From an uncultured Methanosarcinales archaeon (lineage in GTDB: Archaea; Nanobdellota; Nanobdellia; Woesearchaeales; CAZOXR01): DNA of 59,750 nt. A model generated the notes under the pieces. It saw only the letters and a list, made by a program, of their open reading frames with translations, had not been told where the DNA came from and made no database searches. The stretch is taken from assembly GCA_964566535.1 (NCBI GenBank), contig CAZMIO010000001.1, positions 124,001-183,750 on the forward strand, in the 5' to 3' direction. A program made the position numbers and the translations under genes. Each line of letters begins with the position of its first letter. The first letter of the stretch is position 1. Of the stretch, positions 1 to 9,232 are shown piece by piece.

Positions 1-1323
1 AATTTAATTAAGAAAAATACGCCTAAATATAATATCAATCTTAAAGATTCTAAAAGGTATGCATATATTGAATTAACTAGGGAGAAGTTTCCTAGATTAG
101 TTATTGCTAGGAAAAGGGTTTCTTCTGGGAAATATTTTGGTCCTTTTGTCTCTGGGACAGATAGGAATTATGTTAGGGAGCTTATTATTAAAACATTTAA
201 GATTAGGACTTGTAAGAAATTCCCTAAAAAACCTTGTTTGAGATACCATATCAACTTATGTAGCGCACCTTGTGTGGGGCTTATTACTGAAACTAATTAT
301 GATTCTGATGTTAGGTCTGCTGTTATGGTGCTTCGAGGTCATAATTCTGAATTGATTTCTGAATTAAAAAATAAAATGAATGACTCTTCTGAGAAAAAGG
401 ATTATGAAAAGGCCATTGCGAGAAGAAACCAGATTCAAGCGGTTAAATGGTTATCTGAAAAGCAGACAATGGAGCGACAGAAAAAATATGATGAAGATAT
501 CATCAACTTTATTGTAAAGGAGAGTAGGGTTTATTTGATTTTGTTTAATCTGTACAAAGGGATGCTTGAGAATAAACAGGAATTTGATTTTTTGTTTAAT
601 GAGAATTTCTTTGAAGAATTTTTGGTGCAATATTATTCTGATAATCCCGTTCCTAAAGAGCTGATATTACCTAAATTGGTTGATGAATCAATTGGCCATT
701 TCTTAAAGGAAAGAAGGAAGAATAATGTTATAATTACAGTTCCAAAGATTGGTGAGAAAAAGAATCTTTTGGAGTTAGTTGGGAAAAATATTGAGCTGAC
801 TTTCTTTGGGGATATGACAAAACTTGATGACCTTAGGGCGAAGTTAAAATTGAATGAAAATCCTAATGTAATTGAATGTTTTGATATCTCGCATTTGTCT
901 GGAACTTCAACAGTAGGATCAATGGTGCAATTCAGAAATGCAAAACCAGATAAATCAAATTATAGGAGATTTAAGATAAAAACTGTTTCTGGGATTGATG
1001 ATTTTGCTGCGATTTCTGAGGTTGTGAGTAGAAGATATAAAAGATTGATTTTAGAGAAAAAGGAACTGCCTAAACTAATAATTATTGATGGTGGTAAGGG
1101 TCAGTTATCAGCTGCGTTAGATGAACTTAATAAATTGAATCTTAAGATTCCAATTATTTCTATTGCTAAGAAAATGGAGGAGATATTTGTTCCAGGACTT
1201 TCTTTTTCAATAAGATTGGATAGGAAGAGCAAGGCACTTTTGTTGATTCAGGAGATGAGGGATGAGGCTCATAGGTTTGCAATTAAATATAATAGGCTGC
1301 TTAGGAAGAAGGAGATTAAGTAA
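1..1323 (+). CDS. uvrC: Excinuclease ABC subunit C, 5'-truncated by the window edge; no C-terminal HhH domain
   Basis: Frame 1 is open from base 1 (NLIKKNTPKYNINLKDSKRY, end of the GIY-YIG region). It also has a Cys cluster, a UVR helix and RNase H-like motifs FDISH, IDGGKGQL, RDEAHRFA. Lies directly upstream of uvrB. Confidence 0.95.
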   Translation, partial: NLIKKNTPKYNINLKDSKRYAYIELTREKFPRLVIARKRVSSGKYFGPFVSGTDRNYVRELIIKTFKIRTCKKFPKKPCLRYHINLCSAPCVGLITETNYDSDVRSAVMVLRGHNSELISELKNKMNDSSEKKDYEKAIARRNQIQAVKWLSEKQTMERQKKYDEDIINFIVKESRVYLILFNLYKGMLENKQEFDFLFNENFFEEFLVQYYSDNPVPKELILPKLVDESIGHFLKERRKNNVIITVPKIGEKKNLLELVGKNIELTFFGDMTKLDDLRAKLKLNENPNVIECFDISHLSGTSTVGSMVQFRNAKPDKSNYRRFKIKTVSGIDDFAAISEVVSRRYKRLILEKKELPKLIIIDGGKGQLSAALDELNKLNLKIPIISIAKKMEEIFVPGLSFSIRLDRKSKALLLIQEMRDEAHRFAIKYNRLLRKKEIK

Positions 1324-1362
1324 CCCCAAAATCTATAAATACCAATTAATTCACATATTACT

Positions 1363-3291
1363 ATGCATAAATTTCAACTTAAGTCAACATTCAAACCGAA
1401 AGGTTCGCAGCCTGAAGCGATAAAGCAATTGGTTAGCGGTCTTGATAAAAAGTTTAAGGCACAGACACTTTTAGGAGTTACTGGTTCTGGGAAGACTTTT
1501 ACTATGGCTAATGTTATTAGTAAATACCAGAAGCCTACACTTGTTCTTGCTCATAATAAGACTCTTGCTGCACAATTGTATAGCGAGCTAAAAGACTTTT
1601 TTCCAAATAACCGGGTTGAATATTTTGTTTCGTACTATGACTATTATCAACCTGAATCTTATATTGCATCAAAGGATCAGTATATTGAAAAGGATGCTGA
1701 GATTAATGCGAAGATTGAGCAATTAAGACTTGCGGCTACTGCTTCACTAATGTCACAGAATGATACAATTGTTGTTTGTTCTGTTTCTTGTATTTATGGT
1801 TTAGGGAATCCTGATAACTTTGAAAAATTAGGTTTTGAATTAAGTGTAGGGCAGAAAATTGAGAGAACGCAGATTTTACAAAAATTAATTCCTATTCATT
1901 TTGAGCGAAATGATCTAGAATTAATGCCTGGAAGATTCCGTGTTAAGGGAGACACAATTGATTTCATACCAGGATATTTTGATAACATCATTAGAATTGA
2001 GATGTTTGGTGATAAGATTGAGCGAATTTCTGAGATTGATAAAAATACTGGAGAAGTAAATGAGAAATTAGATTATTTCTATGTTTATCCTGCAAGGCAT
2101 TATGTTGTGCCTCAAGGTGAGATTAAGAGGGCAATCAATCAGATTAGAGCTGAATTAGAAGAAAGATTACCAGAGCTTGACATGATTGAGGCCCATAGAT
2201 TAAAACAAAGAACAAATTATGATATTGAGATGATTGAGGAAACTGGTTCTTGTAAAGGAATAGAAAACTATTCGAGGCATTTAGATGGAAGGAAGGAAGG
2301 GGAGAAGCCATTTACTTTGATGGATTTTTTTCCAAAAGGTTTTCTATTGATTATTGACGAGTCCCATCAAACAATACCTCAGCTAAATGGGATGTATAAG
2401 GGAGACTATTCTAGGAAGAAGGCGTTAATTGATTATGGTTTTAGGCTTCCTTCTGCATTTGATAATAGGCCTTTGAAATTTCCCGAGTTTGAAAAATATA
2501 TGAATCAGGTGGTTTTTGTGTCAGCCACTCCTGGGCCTTATGAGAAAGAGCATTCCAAACAGATTGTTGAACAAATTATTAGGCCGACTGGTTTAATTGA
2601 TCCTTCAGTTGAAGTGCGACCTATAAAGGGCCAGATGGATGATATTATTCGTGAAATTAGAGATACTATAAAAAAAGGAGATAGAGTTTTGGTGACAACT
2701 CTTACTAAAAAATTAGCGGAAGAATTATCTAATTTCTTATCAGAAAAAGATATTAAAACGAGGTATTTGCACTCGGAGATTGATACTTTGGAGAGAACTG
2801 AGATTATTCGGGAGCTTCGTTTGGGTAAGTTTGATGTTTTAGTTGGGATTAATTTGCTTCGGGAGGGTTTAGATATTCCTGAAGTTGGATTTATTGGAAT
2901 ACTTGATGCAGATAAGGAAGGATTTTTACGAGATCAAAGAAGCTTAATACAGATTATTGGAAGAGCTGCAAGAAACATTAATTCTAATGTTGTTTTGTAT
3001 GCTGATAAGATGACTGATTCTATTAAAGGCGCATTAAAGGAGACTGACAGAAGGAGAGATATACAGATAGAGTTTAATAAGAAAAATAAGATTACTCCAA
3101 AAACTATTATTAAACCTGTAAAAGAGAAGGTTGTTGATATTAAGGATACTAAGCACATACCTAAGAAAGAAGTTCCTAATCTTTTGATCCAGTTAGAAGC
3201 TGAGATGAAAGAAGCTGCTGACAAATTAGATTTTGAATTGGCAATTGCTCTTAGGGAAAAGATAAAGAATTTGAATGAACGGATTTCTTAG
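1363..3291 (+). CDS. uvrB: Excinuclease ABC subunit B
   Basis: GVTGSGKT Walker A, YYDYYQPE beta-hairpin, DESH, LLREGLD, QIIGRAAR, C-terminal UVR domain. Confidence 0.98.
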   Translation: MHKFQLKSTFKPKGSQPEAIKQLVSGLDKKFKAQTLLGVTGSGKTFTMANVISKYQKPTLVLAHNKTLAAQLYSELKDFFPNNRVEYFVSYYDYYQPESYIASKDQYIEKDAEINAKIEQLRLAATASLMSQNDTIVVCSVSCIYGLGNPDNFEKLGFELSVGQKIERTQILQKLIPIHFERNDLELMPGRFRVKGDTIDFIPGYFDNIIRIEMFGDKIERISEIDKNTGEVNEKLDYFYVYPARHYVVPQGEIKRAINQIRAELEERLPELDMIEAHRLKQRTNYDIEMIEETGSCKGIENYSRHLDGRKEGEKPFTLMDFFPKGFLLIIDESHQTIPQLNGMYKGDYSRKKALIDYGFRLPSAFDNRPLKFPEFEKYMNQVVFVSATPGPYEKEHSKQIVEQIIRPTGLIDPSVEVRPIKGQMDDIIREIRDTIKKGDRVLVTTLTKKLAEELSNFLSEKDIKTRYLHSEIDTLERTEIIRELRLGKFDVLVGINLLREGLDIPEVGFIGILDADKEGFLRDQRSLIQIIGRAARNINSNVVLYADKMTDSIKGALKETDRRRDIQIEFNKKNKITPKTIIKPVKEKVVDIKDTKHIPKKEVPNLLIQLEAEMKEAADKLDFELAIALREKIKNLNERIS

Positions 3292-3297
3292 AAGTGA

Positions 3298-3714
3298 TTA
3301 TTCTCCGATGATTTTTACTAGGACCCTTTTCTTTCTTTGGCCGTCGAATTCTGCGTAGAATATTTGTTCCCAAGGTCCTAGGTCTAACTTTCCGTTTGTT
3401 ATTGCAACTGTTACTTCACGTCCCATAATGGTTCTCCAGAGATGGGCATAGCCGTTATCTTCTCCGGTTTGGTTGTGTTGGTATAGGTTTTCGTCTGTTG
3501 GTGCTAGTTTGTTGAGCCATTTTTGGAAGTCGTTGATTAGGCCTGATTCTGCATCGTTGATGTAGATTGATGCTGTTATGTGCATAGGGTTTACTAGGAC
3601 TAGGCCTTCTTTTACTCCTGATTTGCTAACTAGTTCTTCAACTTTGTTTGTTATGTTGATAAAGTCGTGTCTATTTGGGGTGTTGAACCATAGATGTTCT
3701 GTTAGGGTTTTCAT
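3298..3714 (-). CDS. yjbQ: YjbQ/UPF0047 family protein
   Basis: [22 protein letters not shown] and [14 protein letters not shown] motifs. Confidence 0.92.
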   Translation of the reverse strand: MKTLTEHLWFNTPNRHDFINITNKVEELVSKSGVKEGLVLVNPMHITASIYINDAESGLINDFQKWLNKLAPTDENLYQHNQTGEDNGYAHLWRTIMGREVTVAITNGKLDLGPWEQIFYAEFDGQRKKRVLVKIIGE

Positions 3715-3728
3715 TTTAAAAAATTAAA

Positions 3729-3801
3729 TGAGCCTACGAGGAATTGAACCCCGATCCTCCGGTCCGAAGCCGGATGCACGAATCCGTTATGCTATAGGCC
3801 C
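3729..3801 (-). tRNA. tRNA-Arg(TCG); CCA not encoded
   Basis: Reverse complement folds as a cloverleaf: acceptor GGGCCTA/TAGGCTC, anticodon arm TCCGG-CT TCG GA-CCGGA, T loop TTCAATT. Confidence 0.95.
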
Positions 3802-3871
3802 TTTTAGTAATTGAATAAAGTTAATAGTATAAAAACTTTAACTTTTTAATGAAAAAAATAAAAGAAAATAA

Positions 3872-4159
3872 TTACTTACTAGTTCGACGCAAAGAGATCT
3901 CAATAGTAGAAACCCGTACGTCACGGCCTTCTTTGTTCTTGAAATCTTCTGAATCAATCTTTATGTCCTTAACTGCAATGTTGCCTTCCATAAATCTCTT
4001 TGAAGAAACTTCGGCTACATCAACTGCTCTAGAAATAAACTTTCCTCTTGCTTTAACAAAAACTTCCTCTGCGTTTTTTGTCGTGAACTGCATTACAACA
4101 CCAGTAACGTAGTTCATAAACGGCTTTCCACCAATAAAGATACTATTGTCTTCTGCCAT
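3872..4159 (-). CDS. albA: DNA/RNA-binding protein Alba
   Basis: IFIGGKPFMNYV, KARGKFISRAVDVAE, VSTIEI. Confidence 0.96.
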   Translation of the reverse strand: MAEDNSIFIGGKPFMNYVTGVVMQFTTKNAEEVFVKARGKFISRAVDVAEVSSKRFMEGNIAVKDIKIDSEDFKNKEGRDVRVSTIEISLRRTSK

Positions 4160-4217
4160 CTTTTTTGCCCCCTTGTTGTTTTTTGTTTTCTGTAAAATTA
4201 CTTTGATTAAATTAGCG

Positions 4218-4406
4218 TTATTCTTCTATCTTCATCAGTCTGGTAATGTATCCAGCAATAACATTTCTAAGTTTGGCACTAGGAATATCAGCAAATTTTT
4301 TTAAGATTAATTTGTTTTCCTTGAAGTCTTTCTTAAATTCTGCCCTGTGTTCACTAATTAATTTGTTGGTTGTTCTCTTGACAATTTGTGTTTTTATTCT
4401 TCCCAT
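4218..4406 (-). CDS. rps17e: 30S ribosomal protein S17e
   Basis: MGRIKT..VKR, DFKENK, LRNVIAGYITR. Start moved to the ATG at 4406, which follows an AGGTGA RBS. Confidence 0.96.
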   Translation of the reverse strand: MGRIKTQIVKRTTNKLISEHRAEFKKDFKENKLILKKFADIPSAKLRNVIAGYITRLMKIEE

Positions 4407-4465
4407 GAAATTCACCTTGTTGCTTAATTAAGGGTATAAAATCAGTTTATAATGGTTTCGGATAT

Positions 4466-4966
4466 TTACTCCACATCTGATTCTTCATCATCTTCGTCTG
4501 ATTCTCTTCTAATAACTTTAACGGCATCCATCTTAACTGTTATTGGAATAGGTACTGCTGCTTCTAAAAGTTCAACAACTACTTCTTCTTTTGCTTTGTC
4601 TATTCTTGTAATCTTAGCTTTTTCTCTTTTGAAAGGTCCTGAGATTATCTCACAAATATCATTCTTTTGGATGTTTCTTTCTACTTTAACTTGTTCAATC
4701 ATGTGTTCAATTTCTTTGTATTCAATTGTTTTTGGAAGAATTCCTCTTGCGTATGGAACGTTAAATGCTGCTTGTTCTGCATCTGTTCTAGTTGCTGCTT
4801 CTAAGAAGATATAACCTCTCATACCATGAGCTCTGATTATTGAAAATACTTCAAGTTTTTTCTTTTTAGCGTTACTCGTAACAAAATCCATCACTTGGTC
4901 TTCTCTGTTCGCAGTTGTTCTTAATGCGAATATGTTCACTTGTTCTTGCTTTTGTTCTTCTGCCAT
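4466..4966 (-). CDS. spt5: Transcription elongation factor Spt5 (NusG homologue)
   Basis: NGN domain (GYIFLEA) plus KOW (EIISGPFK...VVVELLEAAVPIPITV); ftsZ-secE-spt5 synteny. Confidence 0.96.
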   Translation of the reverse strand: MAEEQKQEQVNIFALRTTANREDQVMDFVTSNAKKKKLEVFSIIRAHGMRGYIFLEAATRTDAEQAAFNVPYARGILPKTIEYKEIEHMIEQVKVERNIQKNDICEIISGPFKREKAKITRIDKAKEEVVVELLEAAVPIPITVKMDAVKVIRRESDEDDEESDVE

Positions 4967-4997
4967 CTTTAAAAATCCTCGATTTTTTTGGTTTTAT

Positions 4998-5189
4998 TTA
5001 TTGGAAAAATAATATCTTTAACATCTGGATAACAAATCCTAATAATCCGATTATTAACATCCCTAGGCCGGATGCTTTCACAATTGTTGTAAACTCCAGT
5101 TTATCTGGTTTCTTTGTAACCTTTAAAACTCTTACGCTTTCTCTGACAAATTGCTTTGCCTTAAAACTCCAAGAACTTTCTTCATTCAT
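4998..5189 (-). CDS. secE: Protein translocase SecE/Sec61-gamma
   Basis: [14 protein letters not shown] followed by one TM helix; synteny. Confidence 0.95.
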   Translation of the reverse strand: MNEESSWSFKAKQFVRESVRVLKVTKKPDKLEFTTIVKASGLGMLIIGLLGFVIQMLKILFFQ

Positions 5190-6307
5190 TTTACAAACTC
5201 AATGCCTAGCTCACTTTCCATTTCCTTAGTCTTCTTATCAGATACCTTTCTTGTAGGTCCGAATATCTGAGATGACTGTACCCCCGTAACTATCAGCATT
5301 GTTCTTATTGTTTTGTCAAGATCTTTATATATCTGAGCTCCCCAGATAATCTTTGCGTCGTCATTTAGTCTTTCTGATACTGTCTCTACAACCCTTCGTG
5401 CTTCGTCTAGCGTCATATCTTCTCCGCCTGCAACGTTTATTAGTGCTCCGTTTGCTCCTGCAACGTCAACATCTAATAATGGGTTGGTTATTGCTTTTTC
5501 TACTGCTTCTACTGCTCTATTTTCTGAATCTGACTCTCCTACACCTATTAATGCAACTCCGCCGCCCTTCATAATTGTCCTTATATCGGCGAAGTCAAGG
5601 TTTACTAGTCCTGCTTTTGTTACTAATTCAGCAATTCCCTTGACAGCGTTTGTTAGAATTTCATCAGCTACTTTGAAAGCTGTATGAAGCGGTAAATCTG
5701 GTGCTAACTCTAGTAATTTATCATTTGGAATGACTATTAAAGTGTCAACTGTCTGCTCCATCTTTTCTAAGCCAAGCATTGCGTTTTCGTATCTTCTGTT
5801 TCCTTCCATTGCGAAAGGTAAAGTAACTACTCCTACAGTTAGCGCGCCTATTTTCTTTGCTACTTCTGCAACAACAGGTGCTGAACCAGTTCCAGTTCCG
5901 CCGCCTAGTCCGCAAGTAATGAATACCATATCAGAATTTTGTAATGCGGCCCTTATTTCCTGTTCATTCTCTCTTGCAGATTCTTCTCCTATTTTAGGGT
6001 TTGAACCTGCACCTAATCCTTTTGTAACTTCCTTTCCAATTAAGATCTTCTTATTAGCTGTAGTGTAGAGTAAATCTTGAGCATCTGTATTTATTGCGAT
6101 TGATTCTGCTCCAACGATACCTACTTCAGAAATTCTGTTTATGGTGTTGTTTCCACCGCCACCAGCTCCAACAACTTTAATAGTTGCTCTTTGGGTTGAT
6201 AGCATTTGCTCTAATTCAGCATCAACACCGGACTTCTGAGAAGGCTGTTGTTGAATTGGGTTATTGTTAATTTCAACGTCTGATGCGTCAGTTATAGTTG
6301 TTTCCAC
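5186..6307 (-). CDS. ftsZ: Cell division protein FtsZ (FtsZ1-type context)
   Basis: GAGGGGNN, GGGTGTG tubulin signature, NLDFAD T7 loop; GTG start after a GGTGGG RBS. Confidence 0.98.
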   Translation of the reverse strand: METTITDASDVEINNNPIQQQPSQKSGVDAELEQMLSTQRATIKVVGAGGGGNNTINRISEVGIVGAESIAINTDAQDLLYTTANKKILIGKEVTKGLGAGSNPKIGEESARENEQEIRAALQNSDMVFITCGLGGGTGTGSAPVVAEVAKKIGALTVGVVTLPFAMEGNRRYENAMLGLEKMEQTVDTLIVIPNDKLLELAPDLPLHTAFKVADEILTNAVKGIAELVTKAGLVNLDFADIRTIMKGGGVALIGVGESDSENRAVEAVEKAITNPLLDVDVAGANGALINVAGGEDMTLDEARRVVETVSERLNDDAKIIWGAQIYKDLDKTIRTMLIVTGVQSSQIFGPTRKVSDKKTKEMESELGIEFVK

Positions 6308-6351
6308 GTTCCCACCTTATATTTTAGTATGGCACTTATATTTAAAATTAT

Positions 6352-7077
6352 TTATTTTTTTGTTTCTTTTTCTGTATCCTTCAGTGGTGTTTCTTTTGAT
6401 GTATCTGGTTTCTTTACTGGTTCTTGTTTCACTGTGAAATTCAATTTTTTAACAGAAGGTATGATTTCACTGATCTTTTTGTTTAGAATTTCAGTTAATT
6501 CCTTAGGTAACTCTTGTTTTAGCGTAATTGTTGCAGTTCCTTCTTTTATTTCTGCTGTTAGGTCTTTTTGGTTTAATTGTACTTTTAAGAAAGATGTTAA
6601 CTTTTCTTTGTCATCAGTTATTAGTTTGTTGATTTTGATATTGTAGATTAATTCTTTGCTCGATAATGGATGGTTGAAATCAACTAATGTTCTCCCACCT
6701 GAAACTGTTTTTATGGTTCCTACAGTTCCGTCCATGTTTACTTGGAGTCCAGGTATTGGTTGGACATTTTGTTTTAAGAACTTTGATGTTGAGATTAGTT
6801 GGATTAGTTTTACGTCTTTTTTTCCAAATCCTTGTTCTGGTGGAACTTCAACTGTGTATGATTTTCCAACTTCCTTTCCTTCTAATGCTAAGTCTAGGCC
6901 TTGGATTACGTTACCATCTCCAACTCTTATGATTACTGGTCCGAAATCTAAGTTTTCTGTTGGTAATTCGTTTTCTTTTGCTACTTTTTGGTCTGTTGTA
7001 TCAAAGACCATGCTCTCTTCTTTTGTTTTTCCGGTGTATTCGATTTCAATGAAATCTTCTTTTTTTATTTGAGTCAT
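6352..7077 (-). CDS. slyD: FKBP-type peptidyl-prolyl isomerase (long archaeal SlyD type)
   Basis: IEYTG..VFDTT, PPEQGFG, VDFNHPL. Confidence 0.92.
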   Translation of the reverse strand: MTQIKKEDFIEIEYTGKTKEESMVFDTTDQKVAKENELPTENLDFGPVIIRVGDGNVIQGLDLALEGKEVGKSYTVEVPPEQGFGKKDVKLIQLISTSKFLKQNVQPIPGLQVNMDGTVGTIKTVSGGRTLVDFNHPLSSKELIYNIKINKLITDDKEKLTSFLKVQLNQKDLTAEIKEGTATITLKQELPKELTEILNKKISEIIPSVKKLNFTVKQEPVKKPDTSKETPLKDTEKETKK

Positions 7078-7640
7078 TTTTGTTTTTCCAATGATTTTGC
7101 TACTAAAGTTTGTTTTATGAGTTTGTTTATTTGGCTTACGATGTTTTCTATTGTTAGGTTTGTTGTGTCTATTACTGTGTCATATTTGGACTTATCGTAG
7201 CAATCTAGATGGTAATATTCTTTGAATCTTTTTATTTCGCTTTGTTCTCTTTGTTGTAGTTTTTCTGTTAGTTCTTTCTCGTTTTCTGCTTTTTCTCCGT
7301 TTCTGTTGTCTTTTAGTATTCGTTTTGCTCTTGTTTCTTCTTCTGCTTCTAAAAAGATTTTGAAGTCGGCGTTTGGCATGAAGAAAACACATAGTCTTCC
7401 GTCAATTACAAAATTATCTTCGTTTTCTGCTAACTCTTTTTGTTTTTGATCTAATTCTTTGTCAATAGTTGAATCTTGTTCTTCTAGCTTAGATAGTTCT
7501 GATAAGCTAATTCCCCTTTTTTCAGCTATCTGTCTTTGCAGGTCGCCCATAGAATGATGTTTTAAGTCTAGTTTTTTTGCTAGTTCTTTAGCAATTGTAG
7601 ATTTACCGGCGCCTGCTTTTCCGCCAATAACTATAATCAT
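7074..7640 (-). CDS. cmk: Cytidylate kinase, archaeal type
   Basis: GKAGAGKST P-loop, VIDGRL, RFKEYY, YDTVIDT. Confidence 0.9.
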   Translation of the reverse strand: MIIVIGGKAGAGKSTIAKELAKKLDLKHHSMGDLQRQIAEKRGISLSELSKLEEQDSTIDKELDQKQKELAENEDNFVIDGRLCVFFMPNADFKIFLEAEEETRAKRILKDNRNGEKAENEKELTEKLQQREQSEIKRFKEYYHLDCYDKSKYDTVIDTTNLTIENIVSQINKLIKQTLVAKSLEKQK

Positions 7641-7714
7641 GGGAAATGAGAACAGATAAGAGGTATTTAAAGGTTTGTGTTAATGATTGGGAAAACTTGA
7701 GAATATAAATCTAT

Positions 7715-8398
7715 TCACATACTTCTAATCCGTTGGTATGAGACTAGATTCTTAAGATATAACCCATCCCTATCATTTTTTCCAACAGGTGTGCCATCGT
7801 TAGGTAATCTCTTACCAAATTCTAACCAATGATTAGGACCGTTAGGTGATTCCTTGACTCCTATTATAGGCCTGATTTCTCTCCAATCTAATGCTGCATC
7901 AGATCCAGTTGGATTGCCAAAACGATTTGATACAATCTCTGCTAGTTCAACTACTCTTCCATCAAATTCTTCACTAGTGTTAATCTTTGGTAAATGATCC
8001 AAATCTAGGTCTTCTTCGTGATCGGGAATATCTAATGGATCATACCCTACAATGCTACCCTCTTCCAAACATCCTGCATATGGCTCAAGCCTAACTTGAG
8101 TTCCACTGTTGGTACTAACACATCCTGCAAATAATAAGGAAACTGGTCCAACTTCCCTTCCTCTGCTAAACTGTACAGCTCTAAGTGGCTTTCCATAACC
8201 GATGGCATAACCTACTTCGTGGACTATTGAGTCACCATTTACCACATTGTAAGATAGCTCTATTGGAACTGGGTCTAATTTTACTCCCAAATCCTCTAAT
8301 CTCACTTCAACCCCACCAAGGTTCGGCTCAATGTCTAATAAACCCCTCATTTGACCAAGAGTTAAACGTCTAACACCAATCTCACTTAATTTAACCAT
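7715..8398 (-). CDS. Hypothetical protein, tandem paralogue A
   Basis: 227-aa ORF with its own TATA box; aligns by eye end to end with 8474..9148. Confidence 0.8.
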   Translation of the reverse strand: MVKLSEIGVRRLTLGQMRGLLDIEPNLGGVEVRLEDLGVKLDPVPIELSYNVVNGDSIVHEVGYAIGYGKPLRAVQFSRGREVGPVSLLFAGCVSTNSGTQVRLEPYAGCLEEGSIVGYDPLDIPDHEEDLDLDHLPKINTSEEFDGRVVELAEIVSNRFGNPTGSDAALDWREIRPIIGVKESPNGPNHWLEFGKRLPNDGTPVGKNDRDGLYLKNLVSYQRIRSM

Positions 8399-8419
8399 AA
8401 GTCAAAGAAATCTCAAATT

Positions 8420-8456
8420 ATTTAAAAATATTTTTGATTAAAACGTAACATTTATT
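8420..8456. repeat. 37-bp direct repeat, copy 1 (promoter block of paralogue A)
   Basis: ATTTAAAAATATTTTTGATTAAAACGTAACATTTATT, 35/37 identical to 9170..9206. Confidence 0.9.
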
Positions 8457-8473
8457 GATAACTAATCAGAAAT

Positions 8474-9148
8474 CTATTCACCCATACGCTCAATTTTTTG
8501 GTATGAAGTTAATGTATCAAGAGGTATACTACGTTCCAGTCCAAGGTCACTAAGCCAACCTCTACCATCACGGACGTAATTAAGACACGTCAGTCTAGGA
8601 CCATTTTCATGAAATTCTTCCACTCCTACGACATGCCTAATAGATCCCCACCTTTGCCTTGCAATAGATTCGGTTGGATTATATAACTCTGTTGTAACAA
8701 GTTCAGCAAGCTCAATAAATTCAGGATCTAGTTCACTTCCTCGATCCAATCGTGGTAAGTAACCTAAATCCAGTACCTCCTCATGTTCATCAATCTCCAA
8801 TCTTCTATGTCCAACAACAATGCTTTCTTCAACTGTACCTCTTCGTTCAAAAGGCCTTACTTGAACTCCAGTTTCACCATTAACATATTCTGCAAATAGT
8901 AAGGAGTCTTCTTCTCTACCAGATCCTGCTGCTTGTAATCCATAACCAACAGCGTACCCTCCTTTATGGAAAACTACAGATGAATCCCCATATGCCTTAT
9001 AAGAAAGTACTATCGGAACAGGAGCTAATTGTACTCCCAAATCTGCCAATCTTCTTTCAACTACATCTGGAGGTAATCTTCCATTCAGTAAAACCTTCAT
9101 TTGTGCTGGAGTTAAACGTTCAACACCCATTTCTTCAAGTATTGCCAT
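8474..9148 (-). CDS. Hypothetical protein, tandem paralogue B
   Basis: Shares GV.RLT..QM..LL, RL.DLGV.L.PVPI.LSY, GYA.GYG, HEE.LDL..LP, ELAE.V....NPT and SYQ.I with paralogue A. Confidence 0.8.
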   Translation of the reverse strand: MAILEEMGVERLTPAQMKVLLNGRLPPDVVERRLADLGVQLAPVPIVLSYKAYGDSSVVFHKGGYAVGYGLQAAGSGREEDSLLFAEYVNGETGVQVRPFERRGTVEESIVVGHRRLEIDEHEEVLDLGYLPRLDRGSELDPEFIELAELVTTELYNPTESIARQRWGSIRHVVGVEEFHENGPRLTCLNYVRDGRGWLSDLGLERSIPLDTLTSYQKIERMGE

Positions 9149-9169
9149 TAAGTAGGGTAACTTGGATCC

Positions 9170-9206
9170 ATTTAAAAATATTTTGGATTAAAACGCAACA
9201 TTTATT
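9170..9206. repeat. 37-bp direct repeat, copy 2 (bidirectional promoter region)
   Basis: ATTTAAAAATATTTTGGATTAAAACGCAACATTTATT, 750 bp from copy 1. Confidence 0.9.
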
Positions 9207-9232
9207 AGAATAACACCTTAGTAAATCTTAGT

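Noticed and set aside
7707..9206. Paralogue pair as a DGR template/variable repeat, integron cassettes or a CRISPR-like array
   Set aside because: Differences are not adenine-specific, there are only two units, and no reverse transcriptase, integrase or cas gene is in the window
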